Shown here piece by piece: positions 33,276-50,848 of a stretch of 64,000 nucleotides of DNA (position 1 is the first letter of the stretch; every line of letters begins with the position of its first letter). Origin of the DNA: the human T2T-CHM13v2.0 reference genome, Homo sapiens; NCBI GenBank assembly GCA_009914755.4, contig CP068257.2:6624001-6688000 (forward strand), written 5' to 3'. The position numbers and the translations under genes are program-made. The notes beneath the pieces are model-generated. The model was not told the origin of the DNA, ran no database searches, and worked only from the letters and a program-made list of their open reading frames with translations.

Positions 33276-35699
33276 GTAGAAGACTTGAGTAAGGCAAATA
33301 CAGTCCCCCTAAATTTGACTATTATTTAGGTTAATGGTGAGTTTAGAAGAAATAAGTTAAGACTACACAGAGTGGGCTAAAGTGCAAATAAACACTGGAA
33401 ATATTTCCCAGAAAATATGACTTTGAACAGGCTGCTGCACACCCTGCATGTAGAGATAAACTAAGAAAAATGTCTGGAGAGTTATTTAAGGACCTCTGGT
33501 TAACTCAGTCCTCAAGATGTTCTGGGTTTCATCCATGAATCAAGAAGGACCTCCCAAAAGCTGTTTGGGACCACACTCTTTGAGCAATGAGCACACCTTA
33601 CGATGGAAGCTGTGCTTTAGCGGCAGATGACCATTTCCACTGCACAACACACCATGCTTTAGCGGAAGATGACCGTTTCCACTGCACAACACTACAAGTG
33701 GTTACTGCCAGGCCGGTGTGAAATATGTTCCAGCACATAATCTATGTCACCAATGAAGGTGGTGGTTCGGACTTGGTGCACACAATCTTTCCTGTCCCAC
33801 AAGAACACAGCATACTCTCTTCTCGGGTTCCATTCCAATTACATAACAAATATGACTGCCTTTTTTGTCTCGGCATCAGAAAGATCAGAGGAAAATTTGC
33901 ACCCAACTTAGACAACTCTAAGCTCTTATAACCTGCCTATATCTACATGTCAGCTTTATCTTATTTATGTATATTTCCTTCAACCTGAGTTTTACTTATT
34001 TCTACTTTTCCTTTTTAATTCACAGACACCCATAAACTCAGAAAATACAGTGTAAAACAAAGTGAAGAACAAGTAAGCAACTCACCAGAGATTTATTCGT
34101 TCCCTGTTGCTCTTGGAAACACCCAGAGGACACTGGAAACATAGCTGGGATAGAAGGCAAATGACTTGGATTAAGGAGAGAACTGGTGTGGTGTGGTCCC
34201 AGATTCTTCTGCCCAACGCTCTAGACACATTACCTGGGAAAGCCCTCCTCCCTCCTGAAAAAGAAAAACTTCCCCAGGGGAGAAGAGTCCTTCACGCCTC
34301 ATTAGGGGCAGCAGAGGCTCAAGTTAAGATACATAGACAAGTACATTAATTGGTAGACATTAGATGCACAATTTATTTTTGAATAAATATATGTATTACC
34401 TACTAATTTAGTAACAATATTATCTAAAGATATAATCTAATAATTTAATACAAAGAAACATTATAAGTTCACTAAAATAAATGTTATAGAAATATACTGG
34501 GCTGTATTAACTATTTTCCTATTAATATGTAGATTCCACAAATAACTTCATATGAGTGTTCCCGTGACAGTACCTCTTGCTTTTCTATACCTGAACATCA
34601 TGGAAAGTGCATCTTGCAAACCAGCAATTTTGGCCTACAATTACGTTTTTTAAAATGTACATAATGCGTATTTCCTACAGTATCCCATTCTACTCATGTT
34701 TCCCAATAACACCTTTCCTTCTATCCAAGCCCTCATATTATGCTCTGACAATAAATTGGGCTTTTCCATCTGACTTGTCCAGTGAATGGACAATGGAAAA
34801 TGTGATGCAAATATCCATTGGTTCTTCCCTTTTTGGGAGAAATTGTGAAGAGGTCTGGAGCTACCCTGTTGGAGACACAGGGCCTAGCCAAGAGTCACCA
34901 CAAACCACCAGATAGTGAAGGAAACTATCTTAAACCAACCAGGCTCAGTCAACGCACCAGGTGACTAAGGCCTTTTTGTGATCCAGGCAACACAAATATA
35001 TCAACTACCCAGGTGAATCCACCACACCAAAATGCAGATCCACAGAACTTCAAACAAATAAAATGGTGGTTGTTTTTTATAAGCCAGTAAGGTTTAATTA
35101 GTTCCTTAAACAGCAAGTATTAACTGTTACACCTAAGTGAACAGAATTCACTTCTGTGTTTTCAACAAAATTATGTAGGGGGAGAAAATCTTAAATTACA
35201 AATCAAATACAATCAATAGAACTTCGCAATCTAATGCTAAATTTGGTGATGGACTAGGTTTAATATATTTCAGACGCGAAAAAACGAGCTAAGATTGAAG
35301 GAATGGGACTGTGTTTGGAGAGTATTTTAATCCTCTCAAGTATGACAGGTCACTCCTGAACCCCAGACCACACTTTCAGGCCCCTTCAAATAAGGAATAT
35401 TTCCTAAGTCCTTGCCTGTTTTTCTCAGCTGAATTCACCTCAACCTTCTGAAAGTTCGTCCAAACCTTCTACTATCACCTAGTCTTTGCAAATCTTGTGC
35501 ATTCTAGGGAGTAGAATTAATATTTCCTGAGCAAGGAAAACTGGGATCTTCACCTGTGTCCTTTTTTCCTCCTCTGAAGCACCAGGGAGAGGTTAGACCA
35601 GATGGCTGTTCTTTCAAGTGTGCTTCTTATTCATAGGGAACCCTCCCTTTCAAACTTTGTAACACACAGTTAAGACTGAAGTACCCTTAAGGCTGACGA

Positions 35700-36520
35700 C
35701 CATCATCTATTACGCCATCTCCCTCGCGGAATCAGTGAGTTCTTCCCTGGAAACTAGGTCTCGTATAAACTTCTGTAAATGCGACCCAGGAGGACTAGGC
35801 AGGTCACACAGTGAAGGAGGGAACCAGAAACTTCACTTGCTAAAGAGACACCAGGAAACCCAACTAATACAAACGTCAAGTTTAAGACTAGAGGCGCACG
35901 CGTTTCACACTACTCCTCTGGGAATGGGGAACGTCTCCCAAGAACTGTGTGTTAGCACTGGGACAGATGGGCAAACTGAGCATCATGCGGGTTGGTAACT
36001 GGGTCCCTCAGCAGCAGGACAGGAGCGCGGCCTGCAGACTCCGGGCCCAGGGCCACCGGCCTCTCCTACCCGCTCCTGTGCCTCTAGAACCCGCTTCACT
36101 GCTGGGACCCCACCCCTGTCCTCCCAGCCCCTGCCAGGGTCCGCAGCCCGCACCTGCTCTTCAGGCCCTGCCCTCCCGCGATGCGCCCACGCGTCTGCTC
36201 CCACAACTAGGGAACACTGGTCCGGCCTCCTGGGATCCCCTGAGGCCCACGGGTTCCTCTTGACCCTTGCACCGACCCACAGGGACATAGAACCAAGCCC
36301 CACGCCGGCCCAGCTACAGGACCGCCTCTGGGTGCCACACTTCCGGAGGAAAATGGCGGAGTGGGCCGGGCAGCGCTTGTGCAGAGAGAAAAGCTGGTTC
36401 CCAAGGTCCTTGATGGTAACATCATTGGAAGGTGACACTACAATTCCCATGAGGCTTTGCGGTCCCCCTTTAGGAACCCACGCCAGACATTCTGTTTTGC
36501 CCAGCAGTTGAGTCCAGTTA
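35700..36520. promoter_or_regulatory. CpG-island-like GC-rich segment with an ETS (CTTCCGG) plus YY1-like (AAAATGGCGG) core at about 36330-36360; a candidate TATA-less, possibly bidirectional, promoter
   Basis: CpG density is retained (cgcg, acgcgt, gcgcacgcg), unlike the surrounding CpG-depleted DNA. 'cacttccggaggaaaatggcggagtgggccgggcagcgc' is present. Confidence 0.4.
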
Positions 36521-36683
36521 CCCAGAGACCCAGACTTAATGTATCAGGACTGGTCCCTACCCAGTTGACACAGATGTGGCATTCTGGTTCTTTATTAAAT
36601 ACTGGTTTCACAGCCTGGGACATTGTGAAAATAATGGAGAAATTTCAATAGAGGCCAATTGGTCTATGCTATGAATGAGTAAC

Positions 36684-36985
36684 TTTTTTTTTTTTTTGAG
36701 ACGGAGTCTCACTCTGTCGCCCAGGCTGGAATGTAATGGTGTGATCTTGGCTCACCGCAACCTCCGCTTCCCGGGTCCAAGTGATTCTCCTGCCTCAGCC
36801 TCCTAAGTACCTGGGATTACAGGCGCGTGCCACCACACTCCACACTCGCCTAATTTTTGTATTTTTAGTAGAGACTGGTTTTCACCATGTTGGTCAGGCT
36901 GGTCTCCAACTCCTGACCTCGTGATCCACCCTCCTCAGCCTCCCAAGGTGCTGGGATTACAAGCGTGAGCCACTGTGCCCAGCCC
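36684..36985 (-). mobile_element. Alu
   Basis: Poly-T then 'gagacggagtctcactctgtcgcccaggctggaatgtaatggtg…gccactgtgcccagcc'. Confidence 0.9.
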
Positions 36986-38903
36986 TCAAGTCTATTTTTT
37001 ATAGATGCATTCGAAAGCATGAAAAAAATCATGTCTCTATTTTACTTTAAAATTTTAAAAACACAACTAATGAATATGGTAATTCTCTTCCAATCTGTTA
37101 TCTTCTCTCTCACTAAACTAATTTGTGAGCCTTCAATTTACACAGTTAGAAAATATGCTCTAGTGCATATACTAGGATAAAATAACAGGGTCATAAGACA
37201 GGTGCACTCCATAATCTTTGTGACAACTTTCACTTCCAGTGTCTGATAAATATTTGCCTGTAGACTCCCACATTTCATCCATCCATCCATCAATCAAATC
37301 TACCTATCTTTATTTATTTATTGTGAGAAAGACCTGAAATTTGCCTTTCCTTCCCTGATTTCTGCCACAAACTAGGCAAGGAGTTCTGCCTAGGGGTTTC
37401 TCAGAGCTCTGGCTACCACCGAGGTTCCTAACAGGGAAACGCAGGCTTGAATGCTCAGGGTTGATGTGGGAGTGCGTGTGAAACGGGGGTGGGGTGAAAG
37501 GGCAGTGACGTTTGTAGGTGGGCAGATGGGGGTGTTGATAGGCTTTCAGGTAAGAGGCACGCAGGAAACTGGGAGAGGCAGCGAAAGCACCTCACACCTC
37601 AGATCACCAGAAGACGCTCCCACCAGTGCCATGACAGTTTGCCAATGCCATGGCATCACGAGAAGTCCCCACCCCTTGCCATGGAAACAGATGGAAGTTA
37701 CTGCCCATTTCTAGCTATTTCTGAATAACCCGCCCCTTAATTAGCATGCCATTAAAAGTGAATTATAAAAGTGACTACAAGCCAACCCTAGGCTGCTGCT
37801 CTGGGAGCACAACCCACAGAGGGCTCCCTGCCCTGCCGGAGTGGATGCAGGGTTGTAACACCGCCAATGCCTCCATAGAGCTGCTTTCTTCCACCACAGG
37901 CTTGCTTTTGGATTTCTTCCTGAGCGACGCCAAGAACCTGCCCTTCCTCAGTGTGACTCTTGCCTAAAACCTATCCCTGGTATTCTCTTTTCCTAAGCAT
38001 GCCCTGACTTGTTCTTTCATCTCCTCTGATCTTGCAATTGGTCCTCAGTGACTCTATTCTGCAGATCCAGAAAACTCAACCTTAATCTTCCCAGAGCACT
38101 GTTGTCTCTAATATTGGAATCTATAGCCTTGTTTTCTCAGACGCCTAGATTACAGGCCTCTCTCTTGAACACCTATTGGTATGGTATCTGGGGATCCTTT
38201 AAGTACTTGATGATTGGCAGGGGTTAAATAGCGGAAATCAGTGAATGACAATTCGCCTTCCAGGATATGGACTGTCATTCCCTCTCTTGGTGGGCCTCAG
38301 TCTCTTATCCATAAAAGTAGAGATTGTAATACTCATTTGAATTGCAGATACCTCAACCCAAACCCACCTAATATAATGTAAAAGCCAAGAATGCAACCTC
38401 TTTCCTCACCCCGTGAAGGTAAAGCCCTCAGAGCCAAGGAGAGAAGGCTCAGGGATGGTATCTGGGTGTTTCCAACGCTAACCATGTATTGTACTTTTTT
38501 GTGTTCAAGTTTAAGCTTCCCCAGCTTTAATTCTATTGTAACAAGATTTATTTTTCTAATTCCATTTTTGGATTCTTGATTTATTGGTAAAGAAATACAG
38601 TTATTTTTGTATACCAATCTTACATAGTGTTACATTCTTAAATTTGTTCATGAGTCCTAATACTTTTTAGTAAATTTCTTACGATTTTCTAAATGCAAGA
38701 TCATGTCATCTGTACATAAAGATAACTGTACTTCTTCTTTTCCAATCTAGATGCTGTTTATTTATTTACATTGCCAAATTGTCCCAGCTACCACTGTTAT
38801 CAAGTAAAAGGGTCTCACTGCCCAAAGCACAAGAAGCCAGTACCATGACACTGAGTTTTCGAGAAAAGAAAATGTTTAAAGTCAAACCAAAACCTAGGGT
38901 AGA

Positions 38904-41010
<2,107 letters not shown>

Positions 41011-44000
41011 ATGGAATGGAACGGAAAGGAATCAACCTGAGTGGAATGGATTGGAATGGAAAGGAATGGAATGGAATTCAATGGAATGGAATTCAATGGA
41101 ATGGAATCAAATGGAAAGGAATGGAATGGAATGGAATGGAATGGAATGGAATGGAATGGAAGGGAATCAACCCGAGAGGAATGGATTGCAATGGAATGGA
41201 GTTATCCTGAGTGGAATGGAATGGAATGGAATCATCCGAGTGGAATGGAATGGAAGGGAATGCAATGGAATGGAATGGAATAGAATTAACACGAGTGACA
41301 TGGAATGGAAAGGAATGGAATAGAATTGAATGGAATGGAATCCACCCGAGTGGAATGGAATGGCATGGAATGCAATGGAATTGAACGGAATATAATGGAA
41401 TTAAATGGAATCATCCCGAGTGGAATGGAATGGTATCTAATGCAATGGAATGGAATGGAGCAGAACGGAATGGAATGGAAAGAATAGATTGAATCCAAGT
41501 GGAATTGAATGGAATGGAATGGATTGGAAAGGAATGGAATGGATTGGAATGGATTGGAATGGAAAGGAATGGATTCAACCCAAGTGGAATGTAATAGATT
41601 GGAATGGAAAGGAATAGAATGGAATGGAATGGAATGGAATCAACACGAATGGAATGGAACGGAATGGAATGGAATGGAATGGAATGGAATGGAATGGTAT
41701 GGAATGAAATGGAAAGGAACGGCATAGAATCAACAAAAGTGGAATGGAATGGAATGGAATGGAAGGGAATCAACACGAGTGGAATGGAATGGAAAGGAAT
41801 GCAATGGAATGGAATGGAATGGAATCAACCCGAGTGGAGTAGAAGGGAATGGAATGGAAACAACCCCAGTGGAATGGAATGGAATGGAATGCAATAGAAT
41901 GGAATGGAATGGAATGGAATGGAATTCAATGGAATCAACCCGAGTGGAAAGGAATGGTTTGGAATGCAATGGAATGGAGTTTAACAGAACGGAATGGAAT
42001 GGAATGGAATTGATTGAATCCGAGTGGAATTGAATGGAAGGGAATGCATTGGAAAGGAATGGAAAGGATTCAACCCGAGTGGAATGTAATGGATTGGAAT
42101 GGAGTGGAATGGAATTGAATGGAATGGAATGGAATGGAATCAACAGAAATGGAATGGAATGGAATGCAATGGAATAGAATGGAACGGAATGGAATGCAAT
42201 GGAAGAGAATGGAATGCAATGAAATGGAATAAACCCGAATGGAATGGAATGGAATGGAATGCAATGGAATGGAATGGAATGCAATGGAATGGAATGGAAT
42301 GCAATGGAATGGAATGGAATGGAATGGAATGGAATGGAATGGAATGGAATGGAATGAATTGTGATAAACCCGAATGGAATGGAATGGAATGGAATGGAAT
42401 GGAATGGAATGGAATGGAAAGGAGTGGAATGAAATAAACACCAGTGGAATGAAACGGAATAAAATGGAATGGAATGGAATGGAATGGAATGGAATGGAAA
42501 GGAATGAAATCTAGTCGAGTAGAATGGAACGGAATGCAATGGAATGGAATGGAAAGGAATGGAATCAACTGAAATGGAATGAAATGGAATGGAACGGAGT
42601 GGAATGGAATGGAAAGCAAAGGAATCAATAAGAGTGAAAAGCTATGGAATGGAACGGAATGGAATGGAATGGAGTGGAATGGAATCAACCCAAGTGGAGT
42701 GAAATAAAATGAAATGGAATTGAATGGAATCAACATGAGTGGAATTGAATGGAATGGAATGGAATGGAATGGTATCAACCAGAGTGGAATGGAATTGAAA
42801 GGAATGGAACGGAATGGAATGCAATGGAATCAACTGGAATGGAATGGAATGGAATGGAATGGAATGGAATGGAATGGAACGGAATCAACCTCAGTCAAAT
42901 AGAATGGAATGGAATTGAATGGAATGGAATGGAATGGAATGGAAACTACTGGAATGGAATGGAAACAACAAGAGTGGAATGGAATGCAAAGGAATGGAAT
43001 GGAATGGAATGGAATGTAAAGGAATGGAATGGAATCAACCTGACTGGAATGGAATGGAATGGAAAGGAATGAATGGAATGGAATGGAATAGAATGGAATT
43101 GTATGAAATGCAATGGTATGGAATTTAATGGAATGGAATGGAACGGAACGGAATGGAATGGAATTGACCCCAATGGAATGGAACGGAATGGAATGGATTG
43201 GAATGGAATGGAACGGAATTAACCCGAGTGGAACGGAATGTTATGGAATGGAGTGGAATGGAATGGAATGGAATGAAATGGAATGGAACAGAATCGAAAC
43301 CAATGGAATCAACTGGAATGGAATGGAATGGAATGGAATGGAATCAATCCGGGTGGAATGGAATGGTATGGAATACAATAGAATGGAATGGAATGGAATG
43401 GAATGGAATTCAATGGAATCAACCCCAGTGGAATAGAATGGTATGGAATGCAATGGAATGGAGTGGAACAGAACGGAATGGAATGTAATGGAATTGATTG
43501 AATCCGAGTGGAATTGAATGGAAGGGAATGCATTGGAAAGGAATGGAAAGGATTCAACCCGAGTGGAATGCAATGGATTGGAATGGAGTGGAATGGAATG
43601 GAATGGAAAGGAATGGAATGGAATGGAATCAACACAAATGGAATGGAATGGAATGGAATAGAATGGAAAGGAATGGAATGCAATGGAATCTAATGGAATG
43701 GAATGAAATGGAATAAACCCGAATGGAATGGAATGGAATGAAATGGAATGGAATGAAGTGGAATAAAGCCGAATGGAATGGAATGGAATGGAATGGAATG
43801 GAATGGAATGGAATGGAATGGAATGGAGTGGAATGGAATAAACACCAGTGGAATGAAATGGAATGGAATGGAATGGAATGGAAAGGAATGGAATGGAATG
43901 GAATAGAAAGGAATGAAATCAACCCGAGTAGAATGGAACAGAATGGAATGGAATGGAATGGAATGGAATGGAATGGAATGGAATGGAAAGGAATGGAATC

Positions 44001-45547
44001 AACTGGAATGGAATGAAATGGACTGGAATGGAGTGGAATGGAATAGAATGCAGTGGAATCAACAAGAGTGAAATGCAATGGAATGGAATGGAATGGAATC
44101 AACCCGAGTGGAGTGAAATAAAATGGAATGGAATGGAATGGAATGGAATGGAATGGAATGGAATGGAATGGAATGGAATGGAATAGCATGCAATCAACTT
44201 TGGTGGAATGGAATGGAATAGCATGCAATCAACTTTGGTGGAATGGTATGGAATGGTATGGAATGGAATGGAATGGAGTGGTACGGAATGGAATGGAATA
44301 AAAGGGCATGGAATGGAGTGGAATCAACCCGAGAGGAATGGAATGGAATGGAATGGAATGGAATGGAATGGAATGGAATGGAAATGAATCAAACCGAGTG
44401 GAATGGAATGGAATGGAGTGGAATGGAAACAATGCAAAGCAATGGTATCAACGGGAATGGAATGCATTGGAATGGAATGGAATGGAATCACCCTGAGTGG
44501 ATAGGAATGGAATGGAAGGGAATGGAAAGGAATGGAATGGAATGGAACCTAATGGAATGGAATTTAAACAACCCGAGTGGAACGGAATGGAATGGAATGG
44601 AATGGAATGGAATGGAATGGAATGGAATGGAATAAACACCAGTGGAATGAAATGGAATGGAATGGAAAGGAATGCAATGGAATAGAATGGAATGGAATGG
44701 AATGGAATGGAATGGAATGGAATGGAATGGAATCAACCCGAGTGGAGTAGAAAGGAATGGAATGGAATGGAATCAACCCCAGTGGAATGGAATGGAATGG
44801 AATGCAATAGAATGGAAAGGAATGGAATGGAATGGAATTCAATGGAATTAACCCGACAGGAATGGAATGGTATGGAATCCAATGGAATGGAGTGGAACAG
44901 AACGGAATGGAATGGAATGGAATTGACTGAATCCGAGTGGAATTGAATGGAACGGAATGCATTGGAAAGGAATGGAAAGGATTCAACCCGAGTGGAATGT
45001 AATGGATTGGAATGTAGTGGAATGGAATGGAATGGAATGGAATCAACACAAATGGAATGGAATGGAATGGAATGGAATGGAATAGAATGGAAAGGAATGC
45101 AATGCAATGGAATGGAATGGAATGGAATGAAATGGAATAAACCCGAAAGGAATGGAATGGAATGGAATGGAATGGAATGGAATGGAATGCAATGAATTGG
45201 AATAAACCCGAATGGAATGGAATGGAATGGAATGGAATGGAATGGAATGGAGTGCAATGGAATAAACACCAGTGGAATGAAATGGAATGGAATGGAATGG
45301 AATGGAATGGAATGGAATGGAATGGAATGGAATGGAATGAAATCAACCCGAGTAGAATGGAACAGAATGGAATGGAATGGAATGGAATGGAAAGGAGTGG
45401 AATCAACTAGAATGGAATGAAATTTAATGGAATGGAGTGGAATGGAATGGAATGCAATGGAATCAACAAGAGTGAAATGCAATGGAATGGAATGCAATGG
45501 AATCAACTAGAGTGAAATGCAATGGAATGGAATGGAATGGAATGGAA

Positions 45548-48500
45548 TCAACCCGACTGGAGTGAAATAAAATGGAATGGAATGGAATGGAATGGAATAA
45601 AATGGAATGGAATGGAATGGAAACAACGCGAGTGGAATGGAATGGAATGGAAGGGAGTAACCAGAGAGGAATGGAATGGAAAGGAGTGAAATGGAATGGA
45701 ATAGAATGGAATGGAATGGAATGGAATGGAATGGAATAGAATGAAAGGGAAAGGAATGGAATGGAAATAACCCCAGTGGAATGGAATGGATTGGAATGGA
45801 ATGGAATGGAATGGAATCAACCCCAGTTGAATGGAATGCAATGGAATGGAACGGAATATAATGGAATGGAACGGAAGCATCCCGAGTGCAATGGAATGGT
45901 ATGGAATGCAACAGAATGGAATGGAACAGAACGGAATGAAATGGGATGGAATAGATTGATTGCGAGTGGAATGGAATGCAATGGAATGGAATGGAATGGA
46001 ATGGAACGCATTGGAATGGATTGGAATGGAAAGGAATGGATTCAACCCGATTGGAATGTAATTGATTGGAATGGAATGGAATGGAATGGAATGGAATGGA
46101 ATGGAATGGAATGGAATGGAATCAACACGAATGGAATGGAACGGAATGGAATGGAATGGAATGGAATGAAAGGGAAAGGAACAGAATAGAATCAACCCAA
46201 GTGGAATGGAATGGAATGGAATGGAAGGGAATCAACACGAGTGGAATGGAATGGAAAGGAATGCAATGGAATGGAATGGAATGGAATGGAATGGAATGGA
46301 ATGGAATGGAATGGAATCAACCCGAGTGGAGTAGAATGGAATGGAATGGAATCAACCCCAGTGGAATGGAATGGAATGGAATGCAATAGAATTGAATGGA
46401 ATGGAATGGAACGGAATTCAATGGAATCAACCCAAGTGGAATGGAATGGTATGGAATGCCATGGAATGGAGTGGAACAGAACGGAATGGAATGGAATGGA
46501 ATTGATTGAATCCGAGTGGAATTGAATGGAAGGGAATGCATTGGAAAGGAATGGAAAGGATTCAACCCGCGTGGAATGTAATGGATTGGAATGGAGTGGA
46601 ATGGAATGGAATGGAATGGAGTGGAATGGAATCAACACAAATGGAATGGAATAGAATGGAAAGGAATGGAATGCAATGGAATGGAATGCAATGGAATGGA
46701 ATGAAATGGAATAAACCGGAATATAATGGAATGGAATTAAATGGAATAAACCGGAATGTAATGCAATGGAATGGAATGGAATGGAATGGAATGGAATGGA
46801 ATGGAATGAATTGGAAAAAACCCGAATGGAATGGAATGGAATGGAATGGAATGGAAGGGAATGGAAACTACTGGAATGGAATGGAAACAACCCGAGTGGA
46901 ATGGAATGCAATGGAATGCAATGGAATGGAATGGAATGGAATGGAATGGAATGGAATGGAATGGAATGTAAAGGAATGGAATGGAATAGAATGGAATTGT
47001 ATGGAATGCAATGGTATGGAATTGTATGGAATGGAACGGAACGGAACGGAATGGAATGGAATTCACCCCAATGGAATTGAATGGAATGGAATGGATTGGA
47101 ATGCAATGGAACGGAATTAACCCGAGTGGAATGGAATGTAATGGAATGGAGTGGAATGTAATGGAATGGAGTGGAATGTAATGTAAAGGAATGGAGTGGA
47201 ATGTAATGGAATGGAGTGGAATGGAATGGAATGTAAAGGATTGGAATGGAATGGAATGGAGTGGAATGGAGTGGAATGGAATGGAATGGAATCAACCCGA
47301 ATGGAATGGAACGGAATGGAATGGAATGGAATGGAATGGAATGGAAAGGAATGGAATGCAACGGAATAGAATGGAATCAACCCGAATGGGTTGGAATGAA
47401 ATGGAATGGAATGTAACGGAATGGAATGGAATGGAATGGAATGGAATGGAAAGGAATGGAATGCAACGGAATAGAATGGAATCAACCCGAATGGGTTGGA
47501 ATGAAATGGAATGGAATGAAATGGAATGGAATGATATGGAATCAACCGGAGTGTAATGTAAATGAATGGAATGGAATGGAATGGAATAGAATGGAATGGA
47601 ATGGAATGCTATGGAGTCAACAAGAGTGGAATGGAATGGAATGGAATGGAATGCAATGCAATGGAATGGAATGCAATGGAATGGAATGGAATGGAATGGA
47701 ATGAACCCAAATGGAGTGGAATGGAACGGAATGCAATGGAATGGAATGGAATAACATGCAATCACCTTTGGTGGAATGGAATGGAATGGAATGGAATGGA
47801 ATGGAATGGAATCAACCAGAGTGGACTGCAACGGAATAAAATGGAATGGAATGGAACTGAATGGAACGGAACGGAACGGAATTGAATACAATGGAATCAA
47901 CCCAAGTGGAAAGGAATGGAATGGAATGGAATGGAATGGAATAACATGCAATCAATGTTGGTGGAATGGCATGGAATGGTATGGAATGGAATGGAATGGA
48001 ATGGAATGGAATGGAATGGTATGGAATGGAATGGAATAAAAAGGCATGGAATGGAATGGAATCAACCCGAGGGGAATGGAATGGAATGGAATGGAATGGA
48101 ATGGAATGGAATGGAAATGAAGCAAACCGAGTCGAATGGAATGGAATGGAATGGAATGGAATGGAAACAATGCAATGCAGTGGTATCAACGCGAATGGAA
48201 TGCATTGGAACGGAATGGAATGGAATCACCCTGAATGGATAGGAATGGAATGGAAAGGAATGGAAAGGAATGGAATGGAATGGAAACTAATGGAATGGAA
48301 TGGAAAAAACTCGAGTGGAATGGAATGGAATGGAATGGAATGGAATGGAATGGAATACAACAAAATGGAAACAACCCGAGTGGAATGGCATGGAATGGAA
48401 AGGACCTGAATATAATGGAAAGGATTGGAATCAACGCGATTAGAAACTAATGGAATGGAATGGAATGGAAGGGAATGGAATGGAATGGAATGGAATGGAA

Positions 48501-50848
48501 TGGAAAGGAATCTACTCGAGTGGAATGGAATGTAATGGAATTAAATGGAATGGAATGGAATGGAAAGGAATGGAATGGAATCCACCCGAGTGGAATGGAA
48601 TGGAATGGAATGCAATGGAATTGAACGGAATATAATGGAATTCAATGGAATCATCCCGAGTGGAATGGAATGGTATCTAATGCAATGGAATGGAACGGAA
48701 CAGAACGGAATGGAATGGAAATAATAGATTGAATCCAAGTGGAATTGAATGGAATGGAATGGATTGGAAAGGAATGGAATGGATTGGAATGGATTGGAAT
48801 GGAATGGAATGGAATGGAATGGAATGGAATCAACACGAATAGAATGGAACGGAATGGAATGGAATGGAATGGAATGGTATGGAATGAAATGGAAAGGAAC
48901 GGAATAGAATCAACCCAAGTGGAATGGAATGGAATGCAATGGAAGGGAATCAACACGAGTGGAATGGAATGGAAAGGAATACAATGGAATGGAATGGAAT
49001 GGAATGGAATGGAATGGAATGGAATCAACCCGAGTGGAGTAGAATGGAATAGAATGGAATCAACCGCAGTGGAATGGAATGGAATGGAATGGAATAGAAT
49101 GGAATTCAATGGAATCAACCCGAGTGGAATGGAATGGTATGGAATGCAATGGAATGGAGTGGAACAGAACGGAATGGAATGGAATGGAATTGATTGAATC
49201 CGAGTGGAATTGAATGGAAGGGAATGCGTTGGAAAGGAAAGGAAAGGATTCAACCCGAGTGGAATGTAATGGATTGGAATGGAGTGGAATGGAATGGAAT
49301 GGAATGGAATGGAATGGAATGGAATGGAATGAATTGGAATAAACCCGAATGGAATGGAATGGAATGGAATTTAATGGTGTGGAATGGAATAAACACCAGT
49401 GGAATGGAATGGAATGGAATGGAATGGAATGGAATGGAATTGAATGGAAAGGAATGAAATCAACCCGAGTAGAATGGAACAGAATGGGATGGAATGGAAT
49501 GGAATGGAAATGAATGGAATCAACTGGAATGGAATGAAATGGAATGGAATGGAGTGGAATGGAATGGAATGCATTGGAATCAACAAGAGTGAAATGCAAT
49601 GGAAAGGAATGGAATGGAATGGAATGGAATAGAATGGAATCACCCGAGTGGAGAGAAATAAATTGGAATGGAATGGAATGGAATCAACCTGAGTGGAACG
49701 GAATGGAATGGAATGGAATGGAACGGAATGGAATGCAATGGAATGGAATGGAATGGAAACTACTGGAATGGAATGGAAACAACCCGAGTGGAATGAAATG
49801 CAAAGGAATGGAATGGAGTGGAATGGAATGGAACGGAATGGAATGGAATTGAATGGAATGGAGTCAACACAAGTGGAAAGGAATGGAATGGAATGGAATG
49901 GAATGGAATGGAATGGAATGGAACGGAATAAACACCAGTGGAATGAAATGGAATGGAATGGAATGGAATGGAATGGAATGGAATGGAATGGAATGGAAAG
50001 GAATGAAATCAACCCGAGTAGAATGGAACGGAATGGAATGGAATGGAATGGAATGGAATGGAAAGGAATGGAATCAGCTGGAATGGAATGAAATGGAATG
50101 GAATGGAGTGGAATGGAATGGAATGCAATGGAATCAACAAGAGTGAAATGCAATGGAATGGAATGGAATGGAATGGAATGGAATGGAATGGAATGGAATG
50201 GAATTGAATCAACCCGAGTGGAGTGAAATAAAATGAAATGGAATGGAATGGAATCAACCTAAGTGGAACGGAATGGAATGTAATGGAATCGAATGGAATG
50301 GAATGGAATGCAATGGAATCAACTGGAATGGAATTGAATGGAATGGAATGGAATGGAATGGAATGGAAAGGAACGGAATCATCCTGAGTCAAATAGAATG
50401 GAATGGAATGGAATCGAATGGAATGGAATGGAATGGAATGGAATGGAATGGAATGGAATGGAAACTACTGGAATGGAATGGAAACAACCCGAGTGGAATG
50501 GAATGCAATGGAATGGAATGGAGTGGAATGGAAAGGAATGGAATGGAATCAACACGAGTGGACTGCAACGGAATGAAATGGAATGGAATGCAATGGAATG
50601 GAATGGAATGGAATGGAACGGAACGGAACGGAATTGAATGGAATGGAATCAACCCAAGTGGAAAGGAATGGAATGGAATGGAATGGAATGGAAAGGAATG
50701 GAATCAACTAGAATGGAATGAAATTTAATGGAATGGAGTGGAATGGAATGGAATGCAATGGAATGAACAAGAGTGAAATGCAATGGAATGGAATGCAATG
50801 GAATCAACTAGAGTGAAATGCAATGGAATGGAATGGAATGGAATGGAA
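45548..50848 (+). repeat. HSat3 higher-order repeat, copy 1 (about 5.3 kb)
   Basis: The marker 'gggagtaaccagagagg' sits at 45653 and 50954 (offset 5301). Long translated stretches of the two copies are identical or differ by 1 aa (e.g. track ORFs 45548..46195 vs 50849..51346; 46211..46525 vs 51497..51811; 48651..49253 vs 53862..54800). Confidence 0.85.

Noticed and set aside
35983-36450. 155-aa minus-strand ORF (MGIVVSPSNDVTIKDLGNQLFSLHKR…) inside the CpG-rich segment
   Set aside because: No similarity to a protein I recognise. The GC-rich composition explains the open frame, and the C-terminal two-thirds is Pro/Gly/Arg/Ala-rich low complexity. The region is kept as a promoter-like finding rather than a CDS.
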